This document shows positions 30,566-39,859 of a stretch of 64,000 bases of DNA, one piece after another. Each line of letters opens with the position of its first letter. The stretch's first letter is position 1. The DNA comes from Candidatus Binatia bacterium (GTDB lineage Bacteria; Desulfobacterota; Binatia; Bin18), in the NCBI GenBank assembly GCA_963666315.2, contig CAXXHG010000043.1, forward strand, positions 544,001 through 608,000, written 5' to 3'. The translations under genes were made by a program, and so were the position numbers. The notes beneath the pieces were generated by a model. The model had not been told where the DNA came from. It worked only from the letters and a program-made list of their open reading frames with translations, and made no database searches.

Positions 30566-30930
30566 GACTGGTTTCCTCGTCGTTGTACTTGCACCAAATG
30601 CGCGTCAAAACGTTTATCCGCCGTGGCAATCAACCGTTTGTAACAGCGCTGCTCATTCTGACCCCCTTTGTCGCCAGCGGCCAACACGATTGCCTGCCGG
30701 ACTGGATCAAAGGCAAAGGCGACCCGCCACACTCCCTCGTCTGCCTAAAACCGTAATTCTTTCATATTCGCGTGGCGCGAGTTCTTGAGCGTATCCACGC
30801 GGGGGCGGCCAAGACGGGGACCAAATTTCTCTAGTAACCGGGCATGGGCAAGGACCTGTATCCGTACGGAAGCGGGCATACCCTAGATTTCCTCCGCAAA
30901 CGCATCATCAAAGAGGACCGTCTAGTTCAT
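30562..30930 (-). pseudogene. RelE/HigB (Gp49-like) toxin with three in-frame TAG codons
   Basis: MN*TVLFDDAF...I*G...FGPRLGRPRVDTLKNSRHANMKELRF*ADEGVWRVAFAFDP...GDK; ATGA overlap with the antitoxin. Confidence 0.85.
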
Positions 30931-31058
30931 GTCTAATTGTGCACTTAAAAACATATGTTTTCAAGAACATCTTACAAAATGTTTACTGCCCTTTTTTCTT
31001 GCCTTGGTCCAAGATACCAGCCGCAGTGCTCACGCCCGGTCAATGAACAGCCGTAGCT

Positions 31059-31232
31059 TCACGACTTCTTCGGCCTACGTTTCTGTGCCGCTTTCCCGGT
31101 GGCAGCTGCTTCTATGCGTTGCCAGAATTCCGGGCTGACCTCGCGGTAATCGTCCCGCTCAACCACTTCCAAGAGCTTGGCTTCAACTTCATGACGGGAT
31201 GCAGCTTTCTTTTGGAGTTGAAAGTTCCATTT
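31059..31232 (-). CDS. ParD-like antitoxin, short
   Basis: 57 aa MELSTPKK...VEAKLLEVVERDDYREVSPEFWQRI...; only a vestige of a downstream toxin follows. Confidence 0.5.
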   Translation of the reverse strand, partial: KWNFQLQKKAASRHEVEAKLLEVVERDDYREVSPEFWQRIEAAATGKAAQKRRPKKS

Positions 31233-31306
31233 TTACCGGAAAAATGGAAGTATGGATTCCATATTTCTTAACCCCTTGAATGGAAAGGTCTTTTTCTCAG
31301 CTATGT

Positions 31307-32020
31307 TTAATACCCCTGCGCCTGCCCACCAAACAAGCGCTTCAACCGTTCCACCGGCCAAAAGCGGTTGATCACCACAATAAACACCTTGCGCAGCCGG
31401 TCTTCCGGGCACTGCAGCGGCCGCATGGCGTGCCAGGATTTGTCGCGGCGGGCGAAGAGCAGGCTGCAATTGCCTATGGCTTTTGATTTCGAGACTTTGT
31501 CAAAGTCCTCTAGCCGTGGAGCGGACTTGCGAGGGAAGCGGCCCCCATCGTCGAGTAGCAATGTCTGGCCGCCCCAGGTGGGATCCCAGTCCTGTTCGGT
31601 GTTGAAATAAAAAATATGTGAGCCGAGCTTGTGCTTGGCATCGCAGTGCGGCGAGATAGAACAGCCACGTGGGGTATAGTGCCAGTGAAAGCTGAGTTCA
31701 AATGCTCTCGTCCCGAGCAAACGACTCAGAAAAGTCTGATAGGTCGGGCTACGCAACTCAGCCACAAAGTCTTTCCACTCGTGGACCACCGACAAGTCGT
31801 CGGAGTATCCCAAAATAAACCGGTCATGGCCTTGCTGCCCGTGGGCGCGTTGGTTGTCGAAGCTGGGGGTAAACTGTGTCTGGTCGGGCAGATTGTTTAA
31901 GAGCCGTTGATAGCCCTCCTCAGTCAGCAATCGTTCCGGATTGATCCATGGATACGGCTGCCGAGCCTGAAAAGCCACCGTATCAATCGCACTGAGCTGA
32001 TCCAGATCAAGATATTGCAT
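31307..32020 (-). CDS. 2OG-Fe(II) oxygenase
   Basis: PHCD (HxD), WGGQTL, SWHAM, RKVF; abuts the asnB stop. Confidence 0.85.
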   Translation of the reverse strand: MQYLDLDQLSAIDTVAFQARQPYPWINPERLLTEEGYQRLLNNLPDQTQFTPSFDNQRAHGQQGHDRFILGYSDDLSVVHEWKDFVAELRSPTYQTFLSRLLGTRAFELSFHWHYTPRGCSISPHCDAKHKLGSHIFYFNTEQDWDPTWGGQTLLLDDGGRFPRKSAPRLEDFDKVSKSKAIGNCSLLFARRDKSWHAMRPLQCPEDRLRKVFIVVINRFWPVERLKRLFGGQAQGY

Positions 32021-33979
32021 TTACATCCACTGCTTATGCCAGGCTTGAAACATCAACACGTTCCACAACGGCCGCTTCCAATCCGATGTTCCAGCTATAT
32101 GCTCGGTCCACTTCTGCCGCACCAGGGCTGAGTTGAATATGCCGGTTTGACACAATGCCTGTTCCGACAGCAGCTCCTCTGCCCATTCACGCAACGGTCC
32201 GCGCAACCAGCCACTCAGCGGAACCCCAAAACCCTGCTTGGGACGTTCAACAAGCTCACGCGGCACATATTTATACAGTAACTGCCGCAGCAGCCATTTG
32301 CCCTGTCCGTTACGGATCTTCATGTGAGCGGGTAGCGTCCAGGTGAACTCGACAATTCGATGATCCAGCAGTGGCACCCGCACTTCAAGACTGACCCCCA
32401 TGCTGGCCCGATCGACCTTGGTCAGATTATTATCCGGCAGATAGGAAAGGGTGTCCAAAAACTGCATCTGAGAGACAATGTCCACCGCTGGAGTTGTGTG
32501 GTGTGTGAGATACGATTTCTGCGCCCCGTCAGCGTCCGCATTGATAACGAGTCTGGCCGGGTCCTCCCAGCGCCGCCACAGTTGGCGATCGTGTAAGTCG
32601 GCTGTATCGAGCGATAATGCACGGGAGAGTTGGTGAGTGTGTTTGACCAAACGAGAGAGTGGTTTAGGTGCAAGTGACTGTACATTTTCTAAGAACGGAG
32701 GAAGCAAGCCTGTGGCCTGCGCCAACACAGCACGGACAGGACGTGGCAACCGTGAGAATCGGCCCCATAGCTGGGCGGCTTTGATATAGCGTTTATACCC
32801 AGCGAATAGTTCATCGCCGCCGTCTCCGGAGAGCGAAACAGTGACCTCCTGCCGGGCCAAATGCGAGACAAAACAAGTCGGAATCTGCGAGGTGTCAGCA
32901 AAGGGCTCATCATACCAGTCAGGCAAGCGTGGCAGGAGGTCTGAGGCGTGACTTGGCTCGACAACAAGTGTCTGATGGTCAGTGCCTAGGTGTCGCCCAA
33001 TGCGCTGCGCATACTGGGATTCATCCCGGCCTGCTTCCTGAAAGCCAATAGTAAACGTCTTGATAGGACGCGGGCTGTGCTGCTGCATGAGCGCGACAAT
33101 GGTTGAAGAATCAATCCCACCCGACAGAAACGCGCCCAGAGGAACATCGGCAACCATACGCCGTTGGACTGCGTCACTCAGTAGGGTTTCGAGTTGGTCC
33201 AGTGCAAGTTGGTCCAATGTTTGTTGATCTCGTGTTTGTCCGTCATCCGCCTGGAGAGGAGCCTCAGTCCCTTGCTGGATAACATGGTTGAGATCCCAAT
33301 AGCGCGTGATGTGTGGCTCGTGCGACGTACGCAGCTGTAACATGCAGCCGGGTTCAAGTTTATACACGTCACGATAAATGCTGTGCGGAGCAGGAATATA
33401 ATTATAGCGCAGAAACGGAATAACCATGTCTCGGTCAAGCCGTGCGTCAAAGCACGGATGCGCTCGTAGCGCTTTCAGCTCAGAACCAAAGAGAAAGACC
33501 TGTCCGAAACGAGCCCAGTAGAGTGGCTTAATGCCGATGCGGTCGCGTACCAGGGTGAGACAGTGTTCTTGGCGATCCCATAGACCAAAGGCAAACATGC
33601 CGAGACAGCGCCTCACCGTCTGTTCGATCCCCCAGGCGGCACACGCTTCAAGCAATACTTCGGAGTCACTGTTCCCGCGGAAGATGTGGCCGTGCGCTTC
33701 GAGGTCTGCGCGGAGTTCCTGAAAGTTATACAGCTCGCCATTATATACCAGCACGAAACGCTCATCCGCAGACAGCATGGGTTGGCGGCCGCTTGGTGAC
33801 AGATCGATGACGGATAAGCGTCGATGTGCAAGACCGATTCCATGTGTCTGATCAACCCAGACCCCATTGTCATCCGGTCCGCGGGATACGAGGGTATCTG
33901 CCATGCGCGTGGCCAGCATTGAGAATTCAGACAGTCGAGGATTTGGAGCAGGGTCCAAAAATCCGCTTATCCCGCACAT
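32021..33979 (-). CDS. asnB: Asparagine synthase (glutamine-hydrolysing) family amidotransferase
   Basis: MCGISG Ntn start, HRRLSVID, YNGELYN, RDRIGIKPL, FLSGGIDSS, SGDGGDELFAGY, KVDRASM, RPKQGF. Confidence 0.93.
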   Translation of the reverse strand: MCGISGFLDPAPNPRLSEFSMLATRMADTLVSRGPDDNGVWVDQTHGIGLAHRRLSVIDLSPSGRQPMLSADERFVLVYNGELYNFQELRADLEAHGHIFRGNSDSEVLLEACAAWGIEQTVRRCLGMFAFGLWDRQEHCLTLVRDRIGIKPLYWARFGQVFLFGSELKALRAHPCFDARLDRDMVIPFLRYNYIPAPHSIYRDVYKLEPGCMLQLRTSHEPHITRYWDLNHVIQQGTEAPLQADDGQTRDQQTLDQLALDQLETLLSDAVQRRMVADVPLGAFLSGGIDSSTIVALMQQHSPRPIKTFTIGFQEAGRDESQYAQRIGRHLGTDHQTLVVEPSHASDLLPRLPDWYDEPFADTSQIPTCFVSHLARQEVTVSLSGDGGDELFAGYKRYIKAAQLWGRFSRLPRPVRAVLAQATGLLPPFLENVQSLAPKPLSRLVKHTHQLSRALSLDTADLHDRQLWRRWEDPARLVINADADGAQKSYLTHHTTPAVDIVSQMQFLDTLSYLPDNNLTKVDRASMGVSLEVRVPLLDHRIVEFTWTLPAHMKIRNGQGKWLLRQLLYKYVPRELVERPKQGFGVPLSGWLRGPLREWAEELLSEQALCQTGIFNSALVRQKWTEHIAGTSDWKRPLWNVLMFQAWHKQWM

Positions 33980-34764
33980 GAGCGGTCCTTTGTCGCTGGA
34001 GGCAACTGTTCCGACCTGCCCGACTGTCCCAGATTTCCCAATTTGGTTTTGACCCAACGCTGGAGTTTTGGGGCTCGGCGCACGTAGTAATGCCGCAGCG
34101 GATTTGCTTGCTCGTCAAATTCGTACACAAACGGCTCGCCTGTAAGCGAACGTTTCACACCTGGGATGTCGTTTTCCGCAATGCCATCAAGATAGGTGGT
34201 CAGTGCACGCAGGCTATTGCCGTGCGCGACTATCAAAATCTGTTTGCCTGCTTTGATCTGGGGAATTATCGTTTCGTGCCAGTAGGGGAGCACGCGCGCG
34301 CGGACGGCTTTGAGGGTTTCTGTGCGTGGCAGTTCTGCGTGTGTAAGCTCGGCATAGCGGGGATCATGGCCGGGAAAGCGCTCGTCTGTTGGGTCGAGGG
34401 CCGGGGGTGCGATATCGAAGTGCTGCTGCCAGATCACGACTTGTTCCCGGCCATAACGCTGGGCGATTTCTTGCCGGCTGAGTCCTTGCAGTGCACCACA
34501 ATGGCGCTCATTCAGCCGCCAGCTTGTATGGATCGGAACCTGGAGCTGCATGCCTTCCAGAACGATCTCAAGTGTATGCAGCGAACGCTGCAGATAGGAG
34601 GTAAAGCCCACGTCAAACGAAAAACCAGCCGCTTGCAGGAGCTGGGCGGCTCGTCTGACTTGCTCTTGGCCGTGTGGACTGAGATCGACATCGGCCCAGC
34701 CGGTAAAGCGACGGGCTTGGTTCCACATACTCTGGCCGTGACGAAGAAGAACAAGTTTGATCAT
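33967..34764 (-). CDS. gpmA: 2,3-bisphosphoglycerate-dependent phosphoglycerate mutase
   Basis: LVLLRHGQS, FTGWADVDL, WRLNERH, AHGNSLRAL. Confidence 0.9.
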   Translation of the reverse strand: MIKLVLLRHGQSMWNQARRFTGWADVDLSPHGQEQVRRAAQLLQAAGFSFDVGFTSYLQRSLHTLEIVLEGMQLQVPIHTSWRLNERHCGALQGLSRQEIAQRYGREQVVIWQQHFDIAPPALDPTDERFPGHDPRYAELTHAELPRTETLKAVRARVLPYWHETIIPQIKAGKQILIVAHGNSLRALTTYLDGIAENDIPGVKRSLTGEPFVYEFDEQANPLRHYYVRRAPKLQRWVKTKLGNLGQSGRSEQLPPATKDRSCAG

Positions 34765-37286
34765 ACGACGGTGTGAAAGCCGAGCAGGCGGCGAACCTTT
34801 TGGGCAACCTGGTCAAACTCCTGCAGAGCTGGACGTATCTTAAAATCCAAGGGTGCACCGAAAAAGCGCGCAATCTTGCGCTGGACTAGGGTGTCGTGCA
34901 ACGCGCTCAAATCCCGTCGGGGCTGGACAATGCCGCGTTCAATCAATCGAGCGCACACGTACGACAACCCACTTTGGGGTTGTATGCTGCCGCGCTTTTT
35001 GCGCTGCGTGATTTGGGCATGAGTGACTATCCACTCCTTGCAACTCCCGATCAGGTCCGCCGCTCGCTTTGGCAAGGGATAGATGGAGAGCGGTGTAGCG
35101 GTGGTTGCGGCTTCAGCCAACATGGACTCGCTCTCTCCGCTCACAATCAAAACGTCCGCTAGTGCCAGATAACCCAAATACGGATTGTCTTGCTGCCCCG
35201 CTTCCCAGGTATGCACGTAGTGGGCTGGACCCAGCCCGGCTATCAAGGCGGCTGTTTCCGCCTCGCCCGTTCGTCGGCTGGTCGTGGCAAAAACTTTTCC
35301 ACCCACACGTTCGGCAAACGTGCGGACATCTTCTCCCATTTTCCGGGCAATGCTGGGATCAAGCTGATAGCGGGCGGTCGCCCCTCCGACCAGCAGCATA
35401 ATCCATGGATGCGGAGCGTCCTGAACCAGGTGACACCACTGGTCTGCCCCCTGCTTGAGTCGCTCTGGGGTGATTTGCGTCAAAGGTGCCACAGTTTCGA
35501 TACGCCGAGGATGAGGCGGCAGACGAAAATGACTGCACGCGACCCCGATATCGGTGGTATTGGTGGGCCGGCTGCCTTTACGACCGAGCAGTACCAGCCG
35601 GGTGTGTCCTTTGCTTTGGCGCTGAATCCAGCGCGCAACACGCGCGGGGCGCCAGCCTGCGGTAATAATGAGATCGGGCCAGGGTGGGACAAGTGGGTCG
35701 GAATGGGCGACGTTTAAACCAAATCGCGTTACCCGCTGGGAGCCGAGCAGGCGTTTGTGCACATCAGCCAGCGCAGTAAAGCGTAAGGCCTTAGTTTCAT
35801 ATGGCCAGTCCAGGGCATCGGCGAGACCGAGCGCTTGGGCGGTATGGCCCGGCTTATGTGAGGTCAGGACCCAGACCGTTGGGAGACGGCCGAGGTTGCC
35901 GCCAAAAGAGATCTGGGTGCTGGACTTGGGTGTTGTTGACAACGGTTGGACGGCCAGTTGCCAGCGCACGGAGGGATAACGCGGACTGAGCAGGTCCAAT
36001 TGCGCCTGCCACCAGGTAGAGGGCCGCGGGCGTCCCCGCAACAAGTCGCCATTCGGAAGTTGTTGTTCATACGGAAACGCATGCACGGCGACGGCCACAA
36101 AATGGTGAGCACGGCGAAAGAGCTCTTCCAGCATCCAGGGCACATCTTCGTCTGGCACAAAATCAAGGCTATTCGTACAGACAACGCCGTCCGCGCTTTC
36201 TGCCCGACCGGAGTCGCGGGGGTTGCGGGGGTTGTATGATGCCGACTCGACAAAGACAGGATTATACTGCTGCACGCTGGCCCCGTTGCAACTGATTTGT
36301 CTGCTGCCTAAGCCAAACGAATAGTCCAGGATAGTGTGGCTTCCAGTCTGGGCGATAAGGGTCTCTACACACTTCTGGAGCGGATGGCCGTCACCGTTCC
36401 GGTCTGACACTCTCTGAGGCCGTGATGTCTGCCTGAGACTCGATCCGCTACGGAGGCGAGAGAGCAGCGCGGTGTATTGCGCACTCGGCTGCGCTGCTTG
36501 AAAGACCTGATAGCCGGCCTCATTGGCTGTTTGTTCTAAATGAAACCAAAGCTGGGCGACAGGATTATGCTGATACGCATAACGCTGGGGAAATGGCTGC
36601 CACGGCTGGGTCTGGATGGTGGTGTAGTGCAGCAGCTTCGATCGCTCAGCCTCGTATTCTCCGTCGCGTGCATTCCAGTGTTGATCAAGCGCACCCCATA
36701 GATCAGGGACTTCCCGGGCGGCGGCTTCTAACGCTTTACGGCGTTCGTGCTGCGCCGCTTCGAGTGTCCAGACCGTTTTCATCCGCTCGCAGTCGATCAG
36801 CATGACTGACGTGTCGCGGTCGTTTATAGACAGAAAGCCATGGCTGCCCAGAGCTGTGTCAAAAAGTTCGCCGGGATCGGCCAGATAGATTTGGTCCATG
36901 TCATTATAGATGGCAGTGCCGTGCCCGTCAGCAAAATGGGGAATAGCAAATCGATAGTTCGTAAATCCGGTCAGCCAACCGTGCTGATCAAAACCGGCCA
37001 GGTCTTTCATGAGATATAATTCGTACACCCGAGCGGGATCCCGGACCTGCTCAATGGACCAGATAAAGACGCGCTCGGCTCGGTATTGGGCCGGCTCGGT
37101 GCCAACAAAGATGCGGACCGCTGGCTTTTCGCTGGGAGCAACACCAGTGCGCACACCAAGGACGACACGCTCAAGCTGGGTCCGGGTGCCTGGTGTGTGA
37201 TACGGGTCTGTCCGCAGCAGCGAATCAAGTAATCTGCTCACTCTGCGTGCTGTTGTTGAAAAAGCCATAGGTCTACGACTAGGCAA
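34761..37286 (-). CDS. Fusion: GT-A glycosyltransferase + degenerate SAM-methyltransferase + ELM1/GtrOC1 domain
   Basis: VRIFVG...TGFTNYRFAIP...AIYNDMD (DxD); ILDYSFGLG...DGVVCTNSLDFVP; VWVLTSHKPGHTAQALGLA...WPDLII...TTSRRT...NPYLGYL...SESMLAEA. Confidence 0.75.
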   Translation of the reverse strand: MPSRRPMAFSTTARRVSRLLDSLLRTDPYHTPGTRTQLERVVLGVRTGVAPSEKPAVRIFVGTEPAQYRAERVFIWSIEQVRDPARVYELYLMKDLAGFDQHGWLTGFTNYRFAIPHFADGHGTAIYNDMDQIYLADPGELFDTALGSHGFLSINDRDTSVMLIDCERMKTVWTLEAAQHERRKALEAAAREVPDLWGALDQHWNARDGEYEAERSKLLHYTTIQTQPWQPFPQRYAYQHNPVAQLWFHLEQTANEAGYQVFQAAQPSAQYTALLSRLRSGSSLRQTSRPQRVSDRNGDGHPLQKCVETLIAQTGSHTILDYSFGLGSRQISCNGASVQQYNPVFVESASYNPRNPRDSGRAESADGVVCTNSLDFVPDEDVPWMLEELFRRAHHFVAVAVHAFPYEQQLPNGDLLRGRPRPSTWWQAQLDLLSPRYPSVRWQLAVQPLSTTPKSSTQISFGGNLGRLPTVWVLTSHKPGHTAQALGLADALDWPYETKALRFTALADVHKRLLGSQRVTRFGLNVAHSDPLVPPWPDLIITAGWRPARVARWIQRQSKGHTRLVLLGRKGSRPTNTTDIGVACSHFRLPPHPRRIETVAPLTQITPERLKQGADQWCHLVQDAPHPWIMLLVGGATARYQLDPSIARKMGEDVRTFAERVGGKVFATTSRRTGEAETAALIAGLGPAHYVHTWEAGQQDNPYLGYLALADVLIVSGESESMLAEAATTATPLSIYPLPKRAADLIGSCKEWIVTHAQITQRKKRGSIQPQSGLSYVCARLIERGIVQPRRDLSALHDTLVQRKIARFFGAPLDFKIRPALQEFDQVAQKVRRLLGFHTVV

Positions 37287-37409
37287 TTTTTTGTACGTAA
37301 GGGCGAGAAACGGCTGTGGCTATCGGTCTGATGCGGCCCGGGTAGGCACGGGCAAAGACAAGCAGCAGATGCATGACTAGAGGAACTCCCTAGTGGAGCA
37401 TGTGGAGCA

Positions 37410-38657
37410 TCATGATGCCTGCGTTCCAAGCAGATGTTTGCGGTTCCAGAACTGGACTAAACGCAGGGTGTGGAAGCCGAGTGAGGCCACCTGCCAGACA
37501 ACAATGGCAACAAAGACGGGAATCGGAATGTCAAGAAGTAATCCCAGCATAAACAGCGGCACATTGATATTCCGGCGCGAAATAAAGGTCCGCATGCGTT
37601 CATCTAGGGAGGTGTAACCGTGAATCGACTGGCCCATCCGGGCGCTAAACAGCCCGGCCACAATACGATCCAGAACATAAAAGACAGCCATCCACACCGC
37701 CAGTTGGAAGACGGGTGCGCCCGGTATCCCGCCACTTAATGCCCAAGCCCAGGCGAAATACCACACTGGAGGATGAACGATATCCAGCCCATGATCCAAG
37801 ATATCGCCGAGCTTGGACGCCGTGAATGTGAGCCGGGCCAACTTGCCGTCCACCGAGTCGAGTACGCTCATGGTGTAGGCGAGCGTAAAGGCCGAGATCC
37901 AGTATCCGTACGCGAAGAGCGGCACAGCGAGAAAGGTGATGAAGACATTAAATACCGAGATGACGTTAGGATGTACGCGCCAGCGGGCGAACGGACGTAC
38001 GGCACGCCATACCAGTGGCGGGTAGACATATTTGGTAAAAAAGTCGGTCGAGCCTTTATAGTTGGACCAAAACAGAAAGCGTTCGGCCCGGTCTCGGCTG
38101 GCTGTGTCCAGAATGCGAAAAAGATATACGGGCAGATCACGCCGGAGCTTGCGAATATACGACGGCACTTCGGCCAGTACGACTTCCTGGAGGCGGCCTG
38201 CCTGAAGACTGCGTTCCGCAAGCTTCGGCAGCCGGATTCCGGTTGAAGGGGGCAGGGGGTCCTGTCCTTCGAAACGAAGTGCAGCAGTCTGTGCTTCTCC
38301 GGCTTTTCCCCGAGCGGCCCAAGAACCCGAGCACTCGCCAAGATGGCGCAACAGGCGGCTATCCACAACAGCGTCCGCCTCTAGTGCGAGCAGCGGTTCG
38401 TTTTGGACCGTTTGAGACAGCGTCGTCCGATATTCCGACACTGTGCGACGTTCATGCCCCCAGCGTATCGAAAGCCGGCGCAGGAGATCCGGTGGCAGGA
38501 GCGAAGGAAGATCTACCGTCTCAGCAGAGAGCTGGACATAGACTTCGTTCGGGTCTAGCCCAGCTTCGATAATGGTATGTAGCTGGCGTTCGAGCAGCGT
38601 CATGCCGAAAATCCGCAGTCTGCTGCTCGGATTGGTCGCGTCTATCCAGATAAACAA
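37410..38657 (-). CDS. CDP-alcohol phosphatidyltransferase with N-terminal NTP-transferase-like domain (CpgC-like, copy 2)
   Basis: LDSVDGKLAR...SKLGDILDHGLD signature; N-terminal IFGMTLLERQL. Confidence 0.85.
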   Translation of the reverse strand: MFIWIDATNPSSRLRIFGMTLLERQLHTIIEAGLDPNEVYVQLSAETVDLPSLLPPDLLRRLSIRWGHERRTVSEYRTTLSQTVQNEPLLALEADAVVDSRLLRHLGECSGSWAARGKAGEAQTAALRFEGQDPLPPSTGIRLPKLAERSLQAGRLQEVVLAEVPSYIRKLRRDLPVYLFRILDTASRDRAERFLFWSNYKGSTDFFTKYVYPPLVWRAVRPFARWRVHPNVISVFNVFITFLAVPLFAYGYWISAFTLAYTMSVLDSVDGKLARLTFTASKLGDILDHGLDIVHPPVWYFAWAWALSGGIPGAPVFQLAVWMAVFYVLDRIVAGLFSARMGQSIHGYTSLDERMRTFISRRNINVPLFMLGLLLDIPIPVFVAIVVWQVASLGFHTLRLVQFWNRKHLLGTQAS

Positions 38658-38831
38658 GAATCTTTACCCCCTGTGCGGATGCCCATTCCCCACCATTCCC
38701 TATCCTAGGTGCAGGGTAGTCTAGCTGGGTGATGATGACGGCGAAAGAGAGGCGCGCTGGCTGTCTACGGCTCAGGCGGCAGTCTAGAGAGGAGGAATTG
38801 CGCAGTTGCGTACGCCGTCTACAATGCCGGC

Positions 38832-39674
38832 GTGGCTAGCGTGTTGGATCAGAAGGGAGACCCAGGAGCCCATAGTTCTGTCACGGCATTTGTTCTTGCC
38901 GGACGACGTGGGCCGACGGATGCCTTAGCTCAGGTGACAGGCCAGACGCATAAAGCCTGTATTCCCGTCGCTGGCGTGCCCATGCTGGCTCGGGTGCTGC
39001 GTAGCCTGGGCAGTACGCCACACGTACAGAAAATTGTGGTCAGCATTGACGAGACCAGCGTGTTGACTGCCCTGCCTGAGGCAGGAGCAATAGAGTTCCA
39101 CACGAGCCGCCACTCGCCGCCGGCAAGTGTTTTGGACTATTATGAGGCGCACCAGGGAGATGGCCCGCTACTGGTGACGACTGCCGATCATGCCTTACTT
39201 TCCCCACAGATGCTGGAGTATTTCTGTACAGCAGCCGAACAAACTGAGGCCGATGTGGTTGTTGGCGTAGTCACCGCTGCGCTTTTTCGATCTCAGTATC
39301 CGGATTCGCGCCGCACGTTTATCACGCTTCAGGATGAGAGTTTTTGCGGAACCAATCTTTTTCTTCTTCGTACGCCACAGGCAGCGAATGCCGTGCGGTT
39401 CTGGGAACGAGCCGGACGGTTCCGCAAGCGCCCCTGGCGCTTGGTGAGTGAGTTTGGTTTTGTGAACCTGCTGCGCTTTCTCTTTCGCAGGCTAGATCGT
39501 CGGACCGCTATAGAACAGGCTAGTCAGGTGTTGGAAGCGCAAGTGGGCATCGTTGAGATGCCGTTTGCAGAGGCAGCGATCGACGTGGATACTCGAGACG
39601 ACTTGGCTACTGTCGAGAATATTTTGGCGAGACGCGCGAGACAGGACGCTGCGCTTTCAGGGAAAGAGTCTTAG
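38832..39674 (+). CDS. Nucleotidyltransferase (CpgD-like cytidylyltransferase)
   Basis: VLAGRRG...HKACIPVAGVPMLARV, LVTTADHALL, GTNLF, AAIDVD. Confidence 0.8.
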   Translation: MASVLDQKGDPGAHSSVTAFVLAGRRGPTDALAQVTGQTHKACIPVAGVPMLARVLRSLGSTPHVQKIVVSIDETSVLTALPEAGAIEFHTSRHSPPASVLDYYEAHQGDGPLLVTTADHALLSPQMLEYFCTAAEQTEADVVVGVVTAALFRSQYPDSRRTFITLQDESFCGTNLFLLRTPQAANAVRFWERAGRFRKRPWRLVSEFGFVNLLRFLFRRLDRRTAIEQASQVLEAQVGIVEMPFAEAAIDVDTRDDLATVENILARRARQDAALSGKES

Positions 39675-39859
39675 AGCGTGTCTAATAAGTGTCTCTGTGG
39701 CCCAAGCCTGAGCGAAAGCGGCGTGACCAAGGCGCCCGAAACAGCCATATCCACTGTGATATGGCGATGGAGGGTAACAGGGACACGCTGTTTGCAGCCG
39801 GGCGACGTCCAGAATGAACTTTTTGGACACGCTCTTAAGAATAAAGAAGGATAAACCGT

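Noticed and set aside
32021-33979. Lasso peptide cyclase
   Set aside because: Intact N-terminal Cys glutaminase domain; no B1/B2 proteins or precursor peptide.
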